Assembly (NCBI GenBank): GCA_946965045.2 | Contig: OX337231.1 | Coordinates: forward strand, 2,604,001 to 2,668,000 | Direction: 5' to 3' | DNA: 64,000 nucleotides | DNA from: Epithemia pelagica | Taxonomy: Eukaryota; Protista; Bacillariophyta | In this document: positions 1-11,712 of the stretch, one piece after another | How positions within the stretch are numbered: position 1 is the stretch's first letter | Layout: each line of letters opens with the position of its first letter | Program-made: the position numbers and the translations under genes | The notes under the pieces: generated by a model | The model's input: only the letters and a program-made list of their open reading frames with translations | What the model was told of the DNA's origin: nothing | Databases searched by the model: none

Positions 1-69
1 AAAGACCATGAATCATATCAGAAACAATCTAGTACGCCAACAAGAAAAAACAGTTGTGTGGCAACGCAC

Positions 70-1422
70 CTTTTCCGTCTCGGGTTTGTAGGCGTATTCC
101 TCAGGTGATCGATTCCTTCCTGGATTTTTGCCCACACGGAACGAACAAACCGTTTTGGTTTCGGCATCCCAAGGAAGAAACCGAGCCCGATTAAAGTCAT
201 TGAGCTTGACTCGGCCATTCTTGACCATGACGAATTGAGATGGGGTAATGTCGGCGTGTACAATGGAGGCACGTCCCTCCTTGTCAACGTTATGTACGGC
301 AGAAAGCCCGACCGTGGCCTGTATGGCTGGAAAAATGGAACAAGAAACCAAAGATACTGTGAGATCGATATTGTTTCATTGTGTTGGTTGGTAGGTCAAC
401 AAGTAAAAGAAAATGATCGTACCATATCTCAGGTATTCCGTGGGAATTGTGATATTATCACCACCATGAACAGATAACTGTTCGTCGTCTTCGAAAATGG
501 CATCATGAATGGATCCATTGGAGGCATACTCTGAAATACTAGAGGATCCACAAAAGCCATAAATGTCAAGAATCCATGGTGACTTGGTCAAGTGTTCCAT
601 GGCCATGGCGTCACGGCGATTCCGATCCATGTTACGAATAGAAAACTCATGTTCCGCTCGTTGGGTTTTGAGGACCACAGTCTCCACTTGTTCGGGTTGT
701 GAATTGTTGCTGCTGCGTGTAATCGCTTCCATGATCCAGACATCTCGCCAATATCCATTGTTGACGAGATCCACCGAGCCACCTAGACTCAACAGAGGAA
801 ACGAAGAATCAAGCCGCATGCCAACTTCATGCACTGTGTTACATGTCGGTTTGGAATCCATTTGCCAAGAATACTGTGCTTTACAATGCTCTGTTTCAAG
901 TACATCACGTGCTCTCGTTCTGTAGTCATTGGAACCATCCAACATCTCTTGGCGTTTTCGGGATATCATGGGCTCCACCTTCCTTGGGATTAATATTGGG
1001 CGGAAGACCGCCTGGTTGGGGTCGTTTTTCAAGTCATCTTCTTCGATGAAAAATGTCACTCGATGATCCACGTGCAATTCTTGACGACCAAGACTGTTTT
1101 CCAATAGTTGAAAAACCCTTGGATGTACCCGGTCCTTTTGTCTGAAAAAGAATGTGTTGCGTATGGACTCACCGGCTTGAAGAAGCAACCTTGGATGAGC
1201 AAATTCCTTGTTACTGCTGGACCAGGGCGTTAAACAGTAACACAAGAGCAGAATTACATTCAAGGTACCCAATAAAAGGACAACTTTGATAAAGATAGAT
1301 TTCTCCTGACGTGCATGTTGTGCAGCAATCTTGACCTGTTTCTCATCCTGGAGAGAAACAGACTCTACATCATTGTTGGTTTCAAAAGACGATGGTCGCG
1401 ACGAACGGCGATTGTTGAGCAT
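70..1422 (-). CDS. Membrane-anchored (type II) protein kinase of the divergent HxD/DFN type; 3' end runs off the window start
   Basis: ATG at 1422 (MLNNRR). One hydrophobic segment (IFIKVVLLLGTLNVILLLCYCL). Kinase motifs VVLKT, HADITPSQF, KLNDFN, NRSPEEY. GT-AG intron 327-422 joins EYLRY to AIQATVGLSAVHN. A second donor (GTGCGT) at 69 has no convincing acceptor inside the window. Confidence 0.85.
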
Positions 1423-1880
1423 CTTCTCGACAATGAGAATTAGTGTCTTTTCTGAGCTCTGTGTTGCGCCTCGAAGAGAGTCTTTTCGGACCTGCCCTTT
1501 TGTAGTGTCTCTGTGGCCGTAGCCTTGGCGATTCCGTATTATGTTTGCATCTGTGTTCTTGTTTGGATGGTGGCACGCATTCCGTATCATGGGATCGTCG
1601 ACTCGACCGATCTATGGAACAATGTTTTTGTTGAACACATGCCAAAAATTGAGTCGTTCACACGACACCATCTCCCCCGGAAGTCCCCAGTTCGCGCGCT
1701 GTGACATTGTCCGGCGCGATCGCAAGCATAGCCCGCCTGTCGCCACATTTTGATTGATCGATGACGTTGATGCGCTTGGAATCAGAGTCTGACGCCGCCG
1801 CTCCCTAGCTCAAGGCAGTCTTCTTTTTCCTTCTTCTCAATGATCTCAATGGTACTGGTCTAATTTGCAATTCACATAAA

Positions 1881-2568
1881 ATGATGAACTCTTCGACGTG
1901 CGTTTCCCTCTTCTTCGCTGCAACTGTCCTTTTGATTACTGCGCCACATGCCAGTGCATGGTCGTTTGGTCCGACAAGTGATGATTCCGTGAGAACGATG
2001 AACCGACGTGAGTCACTGGCTGGAATGGTTTCGGTCGCCTTGGGAACCGCTGCGACACTAGGGAACCCCATACCAGCCTTTGCCGATGTGGCAAGTGGGA
2101 CGGAATTACCCAAGGGAGCCCAACAATTTAACCGGATTATTCGTCTACGATCAGATCTCAAGGTACGTTTCGTGTCCTACTGTTTTTGTTTTCATGCCTT
2201 TGATATCGAATCACATTGGAAGCTCATATCGTGGTGGCGATTGACATGGCGTGGTATAGAAAGTCAAGAGGCGTGTCATGGAAGGCGGAAGTGAAGTTGA
2301 CAAGGAGGAATGGGCCAATATTGACAACTTTTTACGGCTCGCCTTTTCGGTGGGGGATGATATGAAGGCGGTCAGTGCCAGTATCACAGATGCTAAAAAC
2401 AAGGAACGTGCCTTGGAGGATATTGAACAGCTTCGAAAATATGCTCAAGCGGGCGATTTGGTAGCCAACAAACAAGATGGACCCGGGTTTATTGCCATTG
2501 CCGAAAAAATGGAGTTTTATGTCAATGATTACTTTCAAGCCCTGATTGATGTACCCGATGAGATTTAA
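1881..2568 (+). CDS. Thylakoid-lumen-targeted small helical protein, PsbQ-like (putative)
   Basis: Signal peptide ending ASA-W (ASAF-type), transit peptide, twin-arginine NRRESL, hydrophobic stretch and AFA cleavage site. Intron 2163-2259 (GTACGT...TATAG) joins SDLK to KVKRRVMEGG. C-terminus DVPDEI. The PsbQ-like assignment rests on size and helical character only. Confidence 0.6.
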
Positions 2569-2903
2569 GAAAATTTCGTTCCAAATCACAAAAAAGGTCT
2601 CTTTTGGTTGAGAGAATAATTGCACAGGAGCGTCCACCGTCCATACGGTTGGTCCTTGACTCGATTTGGCGGTCATCCAATCGCTCTCTGCGCCATAGTC
2701 GACTTGAATCAAATTAATGACTTTTTCGTGTAGAGCACTGACACCAAACAAAAGAACTCTGAGACCACACATTTACTGATTCCTCGCCGTTTGTGTAGAG
2801 CCTTGATACCATTCTTTTTTCTGAACAGAGAAGAATTCAACAAATCCTGCAATTAACTACCGTCTTGGAGCCATGGAGTTGTTTCTCAAAATCGGGCGGC
2901 TCG

Positions 2904-5046
2904 CTATCTCGCTTTTTTGCGGAATTTGGCAATGAAAAATCCCATGACATTGTCACTACTTCGAGTGTTGTCCACGTCATCCAGAAGAAAGGAGGTATCA
3001 AATCGGAGACAACAATGACGTTCCCATTCATTCAACCCATGACCCGCCAGTCCGGGTACACTCCGTGTCAATGTGTCGGTCCAGGCCCTGTCAATGGGTA
3101 CCAGTTCCATGGTATCACCAAGTTCGTCCAATACAAATCGTACATTGGCTTCGTTTTCCATGGCATGTGTCGAACAGGTACTGTAGGTCATGACGCCGGA
3201 GGGTCGCAGGAGTTGGACGGCTTGTCGAAGGAACCGTTGTTGATATTTGGCAAAGGATTGCAACTCCTTGGTTCGAGACTGCGAAATGGATAATTTTGGA
3301 CGGAGTCCCAAGGCACTACATGGCTGCAAAGTTGAGTGTTGCCAAGAGCAACCACAGTAGTCCGAGTCATCAATCAAAAGTCAGAATGGAAAATACAAAA
3401 TGCCCCTGTTCCATTCATGGAAACACTTACTGGATCTAACAAGATTTTGTCAAACGATTCGGGTGGGAAACTGGAAACCTCCCGGAGGCCATCCTTTTCC
3501 GATATTTTGGATTCCAAAAGTATCTTGAACAAGAACAAGAGTTTGAATTAGTTTGGAAATCCAAAATACGATTGAGCGACTTGTCACAACAAAGAACAGC
3601 GACTCTACAAAATGGGATTCGTACCTTCTGAACAGTAGTTGTGGTTTCGGCGGATGCATGGATCGTCGTGTCGTGTGGATGTGTCGTGACACATTTGGTG
3701 GCATCGATATGCAATGGAACAATCGAATCTCCCAATCCGAGACTTTCAAACAAGGATTTGGCCGCCAGGACTTTGGTACGACTCTTGTCCGACATGACAA
3801 TCGTGGTAATTGCTCCTGCTGCTGCGGATGGTCCTTGCGTGAGCAGGGCGAGATGCGAGGTTTTGCCACCCGGTGCTCCACACATGTCATAAATGACATT
3901 GCCCGGTTGCGGATCCAACACACGACTTACCAACATGGAGGGTAAATTTTGCGCATACAAGAGGGACGACAAGGATGAAGAGGAGTCCGTGTTGTCGTCC
4001 TCCTTGGTGTTGTCCATGAGAATGGTGGATAGAGGTGGAAGGACAGGACCCGCGCGTTCGTGGGCTTGTGCCGACATGCGAATCCCCACACCCGAGGACT
4101 GAGAGAAAAAGAGGGACCGATCTCGACAACAGGATTGACCCAGACCCAACAAGACACAGTGTCCACTGTAGTGTTGCAAGGCCAGGCCACGATTCGGGGT
4201 GGACGATGAGGAGGAGCCAACATGAGCATAAACAGCCACCCAGTCGTCCATACGAATCCCCATGTCGGCTGCCAAGATTCCCTTGACAAAGATATCGGCT
4301 CCTCGTAACACGGCTTCTCCACAAAATCGGTCCACCACCACAGCTCGATGCGTCAAGGGCCATCCTTGTGTTTGACGAGTGGGCCAATCGGGAAACAAAC
4401 AAGGATACCGGTCGGGAGGAGGCACCCGGCAATTGTACAAACTACTCAATGGTAGGACGGTCGGTTCCTGTGGTTTGTGCTCAGTCAAATGTTTAGGAAC
4501 TCGTGGAACAAGGTCCACAGTAATCACCTCATTCATGGTATCGTGAACCTGAATTTGAGGAACAATCGATTCGTTGGCGCTAGCGCTGTCAATCCAGTCC
4601 TTGACAAGGTCCTGGACTCGCTGCAAAAGATCATTCGAATCATAGAATCGCTGTCGTGGTTCTTGGTCGGGATCTGCAGTTTTCGTTGGGGGTGCAACGG
4701 TTCGTCGCAAACTGGTTTGGGGAGGTGCTTGTTTGAGGTTTTCACAAAATCGTTCCACATGACCCTGGGCCTTTTCTAGGGCCAAACCCTGCGGATGATC
4801 CTCGCCTTGAACGTCATTGGGATTGCTCTTGTTGGTGGCCATGAGAGAACGATAATGGGTTTCATACATGGTTGTGAGATAGGATTGGATCTCGTCGCTC
4901 AGGGGGACTTGATATTCCTGCAATGAACAGATTCGAGGAATTGGAATCTCCAAAGCCTCTGGGTAAGGTCGTTTCTTTGCACTGACACTCCCCTCATTGT
5001 CTGGTACCTCTTTCATCCTATGCTGTTCGACCAATCGGACCATCAT
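2904..5046 (-). CDS. NSUN6: NOL1/NOP2/Sun family RNA m5C methyltransferase with PUA domain, NSUN6-like
   Basis: PUA-like VDRFCGEAVLRGADIFVKG; motif I DMCGAPGGKT. Introns 3524-3624 and 3324-3430 restore FDKILLDP-PCSALGLRP (motif IV). Motif VI TYSTCS and FFIAKFRK near the C-terminus. Confidence 0.9.
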
Positions 5047-5152
5047 TGCAAATGCCCTCGAAAAGATCCTTCGTCTATCGAGTCGCGCTTAAACTTCATG
5101 ACTTCTTGTGCGACCAAATGACGGCCCACAAAACGGAAACCGAGTGGCGACC
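5047..5152. promoter_or_regulatory. Probable bidirectional promoter between the NSUN6-like and SNAPC4-like genes
   Basis: Only 106 bp separate the two divergent ATGs (5046 on minus, 5153 on plus). No specific motif was identified. Confidence 0.45.
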
Positions 5153-6676
5153 ATGGCGGCGGCGACGTATGTTTTTGACAAGGACGCCTTTGAGAAAGCT
5201 CTCGAGAGCAATCAAGAGCTCCAAAAAAGTATTCTCCAACGACTAAAAGTGTTACAAGAGAAAAAGTTGAAAAATCGACAACAAGCTGCCGTGTTGGTGG
5301 AACAGCTTCGTGTGGTGCCCCATGTTCCAGCGTCTACCGCAGCATCCGAACCATCCGAGCGGTCAACTGCTTACAATTCCTTCAAATGGGAACGATCCTT
5401 TTTCCAAGGCCCCGATCATACATGTCCCGAACCCAACCAGGATACCATTGATCGAAGAATGGCTCAAGAGCGATATCTCTTGCGATGCAACAACCACCCT
5501 TGGTCTCCCAGTGAATTGAAACAACTCGGTAGTGTAATCAAGGAACTCCAAAAGGAAGAAGAAGAAAAAGAAGCAGATTCCAATCCATCTGGAGCAACCA
5601 CCACCAACGATCCGCAATCTTCTGCACAAGATACTTTTTATGCACGCGTGGCGCAACGTCTCGTGTTGCCGTCCTCCTCCAAACTTCCTCCTGCCACCAA
5701 ACGTCCGGCTGCCAAACGTCGGGCAAGTAACACCACCCGTGTAGTTGTGCAACGATCGGCCCAAGAATGTCGCTTGGCACATGTCGGAATGCAAAAGACC
5801 TTGTTTGACAAGAAGCAGCGACAAGAGCTTTTCCATGTCGTTCAGGAGGCGTCCATGGTCCGTTTGGAAACGACGGGACGTGGTCGAATCGATTGGTCCG
5901 CCGTGGCTCGCCGGTTGAATAATCGATCCGCTTGGGAGTGCTTTCACGAGTACCAACTCTACCAACACAAACAGAATCCAAAAACTACAACACAAGCCAA
6001 ACCATGGACCTTGCTACAGGATGAGTTACTCTTCACCTATGTCGCAGCCCTGGGACCACAAGTGGTCCTGGATGGCACAGAAATGGCTCGTCTACGGTCC
6101 AGTGCCGTGTTTCGAGACAAGTCCAAAGCTCAATTGTTTCTCCGAATCAATCAGAGTTTACTCAATCCCAATCTGAAACATGATGCGTGGAATGAAGAAG
6201 AAGAACGACGACTGGCTCTTTGTATGAAGATTTATAGTGACCAACAGACCGACAATCTTACTAGTAGTGGTACGTCAAAGGCCCTCTACTTTGCTGGTAC
6301 ACACATTGCTGGTCGATCGGGCACGTCCGTGAATGACAAGTGGAATCGATCCCTGAATCCAGCCTTTTCGGCGCGACCCTTTACCAAGGAGGAAGACCAA
6401 GCATTGCTCCACGTTATGAGACAGCATGTCAACTTTGGATGGGTGGAAATTGCCCGTCAATTTTTTCCCGATCGTCATCCTCATCGTCTCATGAATCGAT
6501 GGTCCGAAATTGCTACAGACGACGATATTGTCAACCGCTGTGCACCATCCCTATTACTCCCTTCATCGGCAACAAAATCATCAAGATTGAATGTGGGAGG
6601 TACGGAAGCAACAAACGACGACACCAACCTTACAGCCAACGATTTGGTCGTACAGGTGAGAAAGCGAAAGAGATAG
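5153..6676 (+). CDS. Multi-Myb-repeat protein, SNAPc subunit 4 (SNAP190)-like
   Basis: N-terminal coiled coil (ALESNQELQKSILQRL). Successive Myb/SANT repeats: WSPSELKQL, IDWSAVARRLNNRSAWECF, WTLLQDELL, WNEEEERRL, FTKEEDQALL...WVEIARQFFPDRHPHRLMNRW. Single exon. Confidence 0.7.
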   Translation: MAAATYVFDKDAFEKALESNQELQKSILQRLKVLQEKKLKNRQQAAVLVEQLRVVPHVPASTAASEPSERSTAYNSFKWERSFFQGPDHTCPEPNQDTIDRRMAQERYLLRCNNHPWSPSELKQLGSVIKELQKEEEEKEADSNPSGATTTNDPQSSAQDTFYARVAQRLVLPSSSKLPPATKRPAAKRRASNTTRVVVQRSAQECRLAHVGMQKTLFDKKQRQELFHVVQEASMVRLETTGRGRIDWSAVARRLNNRSAWECFHEYQLYQHKQNPKTTTQAKPWTLLQDELLFTYVAALGPQVVLDGTEMARLRSSAVFRDKSKAQLFLRINQSLLNPNLKHDAWNEEEERRLALCMKIYSDQQTDNLTSSGTSKALYFAGTHIAGRSGTSVNDKWNRSLNPAFSARPFTKEEDQALLHVMRQHVNFGWVEIARQFFPDRHPHRLMNRWSEIATDDDIVNRCAPSLLLPSSATKSSRLNVGGTEATNDDTNLTANDLVVQVRKRKR

Positions 6677-6678
6677 GT

Positions 6679-9600
6679 CTAAAAGGAAAGGGATCGCCTG
6701 GGTCCGCTGTTGTCAGGGTCCAAGGAATAGATCCCTTCATCCACAAGACTCCCTGGTTGACCCTCTTCCTCGCTTCCAGAGCTGAACCGCAAGGCAGCAA
6801 TCGGATCCGATCCACTGGATACGGTGGAACAAGTGATTTCCAACCTGCCAGACATGTCGTCGGCGCGAGGAGAATCCTTCTTGGTGAAACCCGGACACAC
6901 CATTTGATCAATCATGTTCTCGACTGCTATAATGACATCTTCCAAAGTCGACATCCACTCGCCACGATGTTTCAATTTTTCTGCCTTCTTTTTCATTTGC
7001 GTTTCTCGCGTCGAATCCGACAGGAAATAAAACTCTTCATGGCCATCGGCAAACCTAACTCGTCGACTACGATAAAAGGGCCAGTTTCGTCTCTTGCTTG
7101 CAGTTTCCGTTCGAGGGAGTATTTCAGAATCCCTGGGTGAACACATGGATCTCGCAATGACTTCAATCGTTTGGTTCTCATTATTCCATTCAATCACGTT
7201 TTTGTTCATCGACAATCGCTTACTGGCACTGGACGTATCCGAAAAGAGGGACAAAGACTCGCTTTCTATACTGGTACAGTCTGTGGAGTCCCCCTCCAAT
7301 GAAACGGTCGAAGATGTTCGATATTTGCGTATGCCCCAAAATCGATTCTTGTACTCCACAACTTTGGAACTAATTTTGCCCACAAACGACGGATCGGAAA
7401 CTCCCGGAAGCTTCTCGTGGTGAGATGCTTTGCTGCTAGGAGGTGTTTTTTGGGAGGAATATGGTTCTCGGGCTTGGTCGTCGTGTTTGGCTGTCATTGT
7501 AGTTGTCTTTGTTCCTCTTTTGGTGTGTACGTCTTGTTTTACATCTCCATCATTTGATGCTCTTGCGAGTGCCAGTTCCCGGCGCAACCGTTTAATCTCC
7601 TTCAGTGCGGATGCAAGATCTGTTATGTCATCGAGGTCGTTCGATAGTCCCTGTGACTCAAAGTCCCCTCCTTGCGTGGTTACGTTGACTCTAGGACTGT
7701 TGTGGAAGTCATTCGTCTCTGTCGTTGTGGCTGTGGTTGTATTACTACATGTCTCGCGTTGCGAGCCCCTATCATGAATATCATGCCCAAAGTGCGTGGT
7801 GTCCATATGCTCCATCTCCCCATGTGTGGGCAATGTCCGGTCCTTTTCTGTTTGGGTTTGGTATTCAAGGATTGCTTCTGTTCGAGACGATACTGTTTGC
7901 ACATTCTTTGCATCCCTTCTTTTCTGTTCCATTTTGGCAAATTCTCTCCGCGAACGGAAACTTTTACTAAATGGAGGCGTTCCAGCCCGGGGTGGGAAAT
8001 GAGGTGAACTAGACTGCTGATGCAATAGTTGCTGGTATGATTCTTGATCATTTGGCATTGCAATTTCTAATTTCTTGTTGTCAAATGTATCATTCACTCC
8101 CATATGGTCCCTCAGCTTTCTTGATTCCCGTATGGAACTAGGCATCTCTTGTCCAGCATTGCCATGCGCTTGATCCCTCTGTTTCCAAAACTGCCGTACG
8201 GAATTTGGTGTAAGCGAGGCAGACCGAGGTGATATTGTACGTATTTTGCGCCGCGGCGACATTTGTGTAAGCGAGGCAGATCGAGGTGATATGGTACGCA
8301 TTTTGCGCCGCGGCGACATTTGTCCATCTTTTACCAAGTCAGGAGGCGGAGGGGGAGGAGGGGGAGGGTGCTGTGAAAGAGGAGATGCCATGTGGTGGTA
8401 AGGAGGCGGATTGCGAACCATGGCACTGGAATGTGTCTCACTGGCCATGCCGTTTGTGCTATCATCCAGGTGCTGAGGTAGCGATTCAACTTCATCGTCG
8501 AGATCGAGCAAACTCTTCATTTCCCCCCAAGGGCGTCGTTGTCGATTTTCTTCAAACGAGGATTTCGGAGAACTTACGTCTGAGCTCAAATCCAAAGAAT
8601 TACTGAGACCGTTGTTGGCTATGGGTGACTCATGATCAGAAGCAGTTTCAGAGTCTGTGTCCTGTTCAATTTGAAGCGTGGTATTTCCCATCTCAAGCTT
8701 CCTGCTCGCTTTAGATCGAAAATCACGACGTTTCCCGGGTCGCTCGTCAATTGTCGAGAGAAAATTGTATCCGATGTCCGCCCCATTCTGCTCTTTCTTC
8801 TTAACTGTCGACTTTTCCCGAGGACGAACGAATTCTTTTGATTCGAGTTCCATGGAGTTGGCGCCCTTGTCAAAAATTTCATAGGGTTGCTGCTCGCTCA
8901 CATTGTAACGACGACTAGCTATTGGAACGGGGCCTGTCACGGACGATGCATTGTCTGAACTAGCATCAATTTCTCTCGATTTGATGCCTGCTTGACTTTC
9001 CCCAAAGACAAATCGCAGTGTGCCCATCGGGGTAGTAACCTCATCATGTGTATATGGCTTTGACGACGTTTCTATGTAGTGATGGTTGTTGGGGGGCTTT
9101 TCAGAGTTCTTTCCATCACTGTCACTTTGTTCTTTGCTTTGAACAATTGACTTGAGTTTCTGGAGCCGGGATATGGTTTCCCAGCTACTACTGGAACCAA
9201 GCTCTGTCAAGAATTCATTCAGACTGGTTGAATCAGAATTGTCGTCATCATCGTCCATGCGCTTGTCCATGGCTCGAAAAGCTCTACTATTCCGCTGCCA
9301 ACGTTCCTTAACGGGTATTTCTGGCCCATCTTCCATATGGGCGTCGTCGCTTCCAACCTGCTTCAACCCACGCCCAGATTCCTCGGACTGAAATTGTATG
9401 ACTTCCTCTTTCGTCAGATCCCCTTTCCGAAAGTAGCCGATGCTTTCATTCGATAGTCCCTGTTTCCTTGACCGCATGGCTTCTCTCTCGACTTGTTTGA
9501 AATCCCCTAATCGGGCGTCGTCGCTACCACGTTGCTCCAACCTAGGTTCTGTTTCTTGCAAACCATCAAATATGCTGTCTTCAGCCACACTATCTCCCAA

Positions 9601-11712
9601 AATACTGTCATCAAATGTACTGACATCTCGGACAACTGGAACAACGTCGCTTGACTTTGCCTGTGTTGCTTTTTGGCTCGATCCCCGGTTTTCTGGATCA
9701 GTTGCTTCCCGTTGCTTCTGTTCGTTAGAATCCAGATTGGAATCATTTAGTGCTGGAGTGTGATGTTTTCTATCTTCGCCATCGTGATCGAATATGTGCC
9801 CACTACCACAGGGTCTTTCTGCGGTTTCTGGTTTTGCATTTATTTGATATGTGACATTTTTGTTCGAATCCAGGTCTGAAAGCGAATCTCCCACGTGTTC
9901 CGAATCTCTGAGCTTCTGATACATCGCTCCCTTCCATGGTGTCCTCAATTTCATTTTCATTCGTGATTCCGGACTTGGTGCTGTCGATCTATTTTTTGTC
10001 GTCAAATTGAACGTGTCGTTGAGTACACTTTGCTCTGAAGAACTTTGTCTCGGGCTGACAACCACCCCTTTCGAATCCGACGTTTCCTGAGGGTCGAGTT
10101 CCAACGTTTGGGGTATCACATCCACATCATGTCTGATGCTGTCACTAGAAGTTGCAGCCGGAAGTCTCTGCAATGTATCCTTTCCCTTGGATCTGTCACT
10201 AATACTTCCAGGCGATGGTCTCGGCAATGCAGCTCGATAATCCGCTCCCATTAGGTTCCGCACCACACCCACTGCGGCGAGATGGCCCTTTCGAGAGTCT
10301 TTTTGGCTGCTGCTAATTCTGGGAGTTCTGGCATCAGCGATTGCGTTGGTTTCTGTTGGTCCCTGACTGCTGGCAAGCTCTGGAGGAATTTCCTCTTGTT
10401 GCTTGATTGCTTGTTCCATTCTTTCAAGTTCGAAACGTAACGAAGCGTTGTGTTCCGCAAGTGCACCCAGCTCGGCGTCCAAACCATCATCGGACAGAAG
10501 CTCAATAGTGGAATCATCCGACATGGCAGGAAACAGTGCCGATGGGTCGTTTCCGCTCTTGTTTACTTTCAAAATTTCACGAAGTTCCATGTCTTGTATG
10601 AGATAGGAATGACTCGTACTACCAAGATATGAAGTGGACGATGAAACAACGGTTGAAGCCTCGGTCATATCAGTGGTGGTCGCCGTGGTCGATACTCCGT
10701 ACATTTCCTCGTGATGTGGATTTTTCAGACCGAAAGCCAGGGAATGGCTAAGGAATTCCTTGTCGATTTTGTCCATATGAATGTTGTCATTTAAATTTTC
10801 TCCATTGAGTGCTGCTTGTTGACATGATTCAGTCTCACTCGAACTCTGTCTGGCACGAGAAAGGGAATCCATATCTTCACCTGCCAGTTCCTTCTTGGGA
10901 AAAGACTCTGAGGTTGTAGCTGTTTCTACGGAATCGATCAAGCTTATTTGAGGCAATCTCTCCACGGTACTTGCAGAGTCGTCATCGAACGACTCCAAAT
11001 GAATGATTTCAGTCGACGACGTAGTTTTGCTGCTTTGTGTGGATTTTGCGTGTAAAGATCGATGCATCGTTTGTTGGGTCGACGGCTTGTTTCCTTCGGC
11101 TCTATTATCTATACCACGTTTCACGGTACCACGCCTTATTGGAGACTCGCAAGCATCGACTGAGCCCCCATTTTTGTTGTTGCTGCTCTTTTTGAGCCCT
11201 GGGGGCTTTTCCTCCGTACAGGTGGTACATGTTTGATTTGGGTCGGCACACATGGAATGTGCCTCGGCCCAGAACGGCCCAGCTCTGTGTGTAATCGATT
11301 TGTCCGCATCATCCAGTAGCTGCTGTATTCTGGACTGGAATTGTGGTGAAAGCGTCTCAAATTGACTTTCTGAGTACTGGAGACTGGATGTTTCATGTTC
11401 TGTTGTGACTGCAACAAGTTGATCGAATTTCAAGAGTTCTCCACAGGATGAATCATCAGACGATCCTCCCGTTCCATATTTACGACTCACGTCCATGTCC
11501 GAGGAATACGAGGCTAAACCCCTTCGAATGTCTCCACTTGATGAGGAGGCAGCAATATCAATGTCGGCACAAAACCATGTATCATCTGTCTTTCTCTTTG
11601 GGAGATTGGCCGAGGCTGGTGTGGTTGGTTTCCTAAACGCATGGAGATCCTCCTCGCAGAAGAAAGCATCCCCGTCTTCGCTTCTTACATTGAACAAATT
11701 ATTTGTCTCCAT
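6679..11712 (-). CDS. Large low-complexity, probably disordered hypothetical protein (1677 aa)
   Basis: Uninterrupted 5 kb ORF rich in Ser/Asp/Glu, with two short coiled-coil segments (LAEHNASLRFELERMEQAIKQ; ALKEIKRLRRELALAR) and a polyproline tract. No recognisable domain. Confidence 0.75.
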   Translation of the reverse strand: METNNLFNVRSEDGDAFFCEEDLHAFRKPTTPASANLPKRKTDDTWFCADIDIAASSSSGDIRRGLASYSSDMDVSRKYGTGGSSDDSSCGELLKFDQLVAVTTEHETSSLQYSESQFETLSPQFQSRIQQLLDDADKSITHRAGPFWAEAHSMCADPNQTCTTCTEEKPPGLKKSSNNKNGGSVDACESPIRRGTVKRGIDNRAEGNKPSTQQTMHRSLHAKSTQSSKTTSSTEIIHLESFDDDSASTVERLPQISLIDSVETATTSESFPKKELAGEDMDSLSRARQSSSETESCQQAALNGENLNDNIHMDKIDKEFLSHSLAFGLKNPHHEEMYGVSTTATTTDMTEASTVVSSSTSYLGSTSHSYLIQDMELREILKVNKSGNDPSALFPAMSDDSTIELLSDDGLDAELGALAEHNASLRFELERMEQAIKQQEEIPPELASSQGPTETNAIADARTPRISSSQKDSRKGHLAAVGVVRNLMGADYRAALPRPSPGSISDRSKGKDTLQRLPAATSSDSIRHDVDVIPQTLELDPQETSDSKGVVVSPRQSSSEQSVLNDTFNLTTKNRSTAPSPESRMKMKLRTPWKGAMYQKLRDSEHVGDSLSDLDSNKNVTYQINAKPETAERPCGSGHIFDHDGEDRKHHTPALNDSNLDSNEQKQREATDPENRGSSQKATQAKSSDVVPVVRDVSTFDDSILGDSVAEDSIFDGLQETEPRLEQRGSDDARLGDFKQVEREAMRSRKQGLSNESIGYFRKGDLTKEEVIQFQSEESGRGLKQVGSDDAHMEDGPEIPVKERWQRNSRAFRAMDKRMDDDDDNSDSTSLNEFLTELGSSSSWETISRLQKLKSIVQSKEQSDSDGKNSEKPPNNHHYIETSSKPYTHDEVTTPMGTLRFVFGESQAGIKSREIDASSDNASSVTGPVPIASRRYNVSEQQPYEIFDKGANSMELESKEFVRPREKSTVKKKEQNGADIGYNFLSTIDERPGKRRDFRSKASRKLEMGNTTLQIEQDTDSETASDHESPIANNGLSNSLDLSSDVSSPKSSFEENRQRRPWGEMKSLLDLDDEVESLPQHLDDSTNGMASETHSSAMVRNPPPYHHMASPLSQHPPPPPPPPPDLVKDGQMSPRRKMRTISPRSASLTQMSPRRKIRTISPRSASLTPNSVRQFWKQRDQAHGNAGQEMPSSIRESRKLRDHMGVNDTFDNKKLEIAMPNDQESYQQLLHQQSSSPHFPPRAGTPPFSKSFRSRREFAKMEQKRRDAKNVQTVSSRTEAILEYQTQTEKDRTLPTHGEMEHMDTTHFGHDIHDRGSQRETCSNTTTATTTETNDFHNSPRVNVTTQGGDFESQGLSNDLDDITDLASALKEIKRLRRELALARASNDGDVKQDVHTKRGTKTTTMTAKHDDQAREPYSSQKTPPSSKASHHEKLPGVSDPSFVGKISSKVVEYKNRFWGIRKYRTSSTVSLEGDSTDCTSIESESLSLFSDTSSASKRLSMNKNVIEWNNENQTIEVIARSMCSPRDSEILPRTETASKRRNWPFYRSRRVRFADGHEEFYFLSDSTRETQMKKKAEKLKHRGEWMSTLEDVIIAVENMIDQMVCPGFTKKDSPRADDMSGRLEITCSTVSSGSDPIAALRFSSGSEEEGQPGSLVDEGIYSLDPDNSGPRRSLSF
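8208..8321. repeat. In-frame tandem duplication, 2 x 57 bp (19 aa) inside the 1677 aa ORF
   Basis: GTGTAAGCGAGGCAGAYCGAGGTGATAT...GCGCCGCGGCGACATTT at 8208 and 8265, encoding QMSPRRKM/IRTISPRSASLT twice. Confidence 0.9.
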
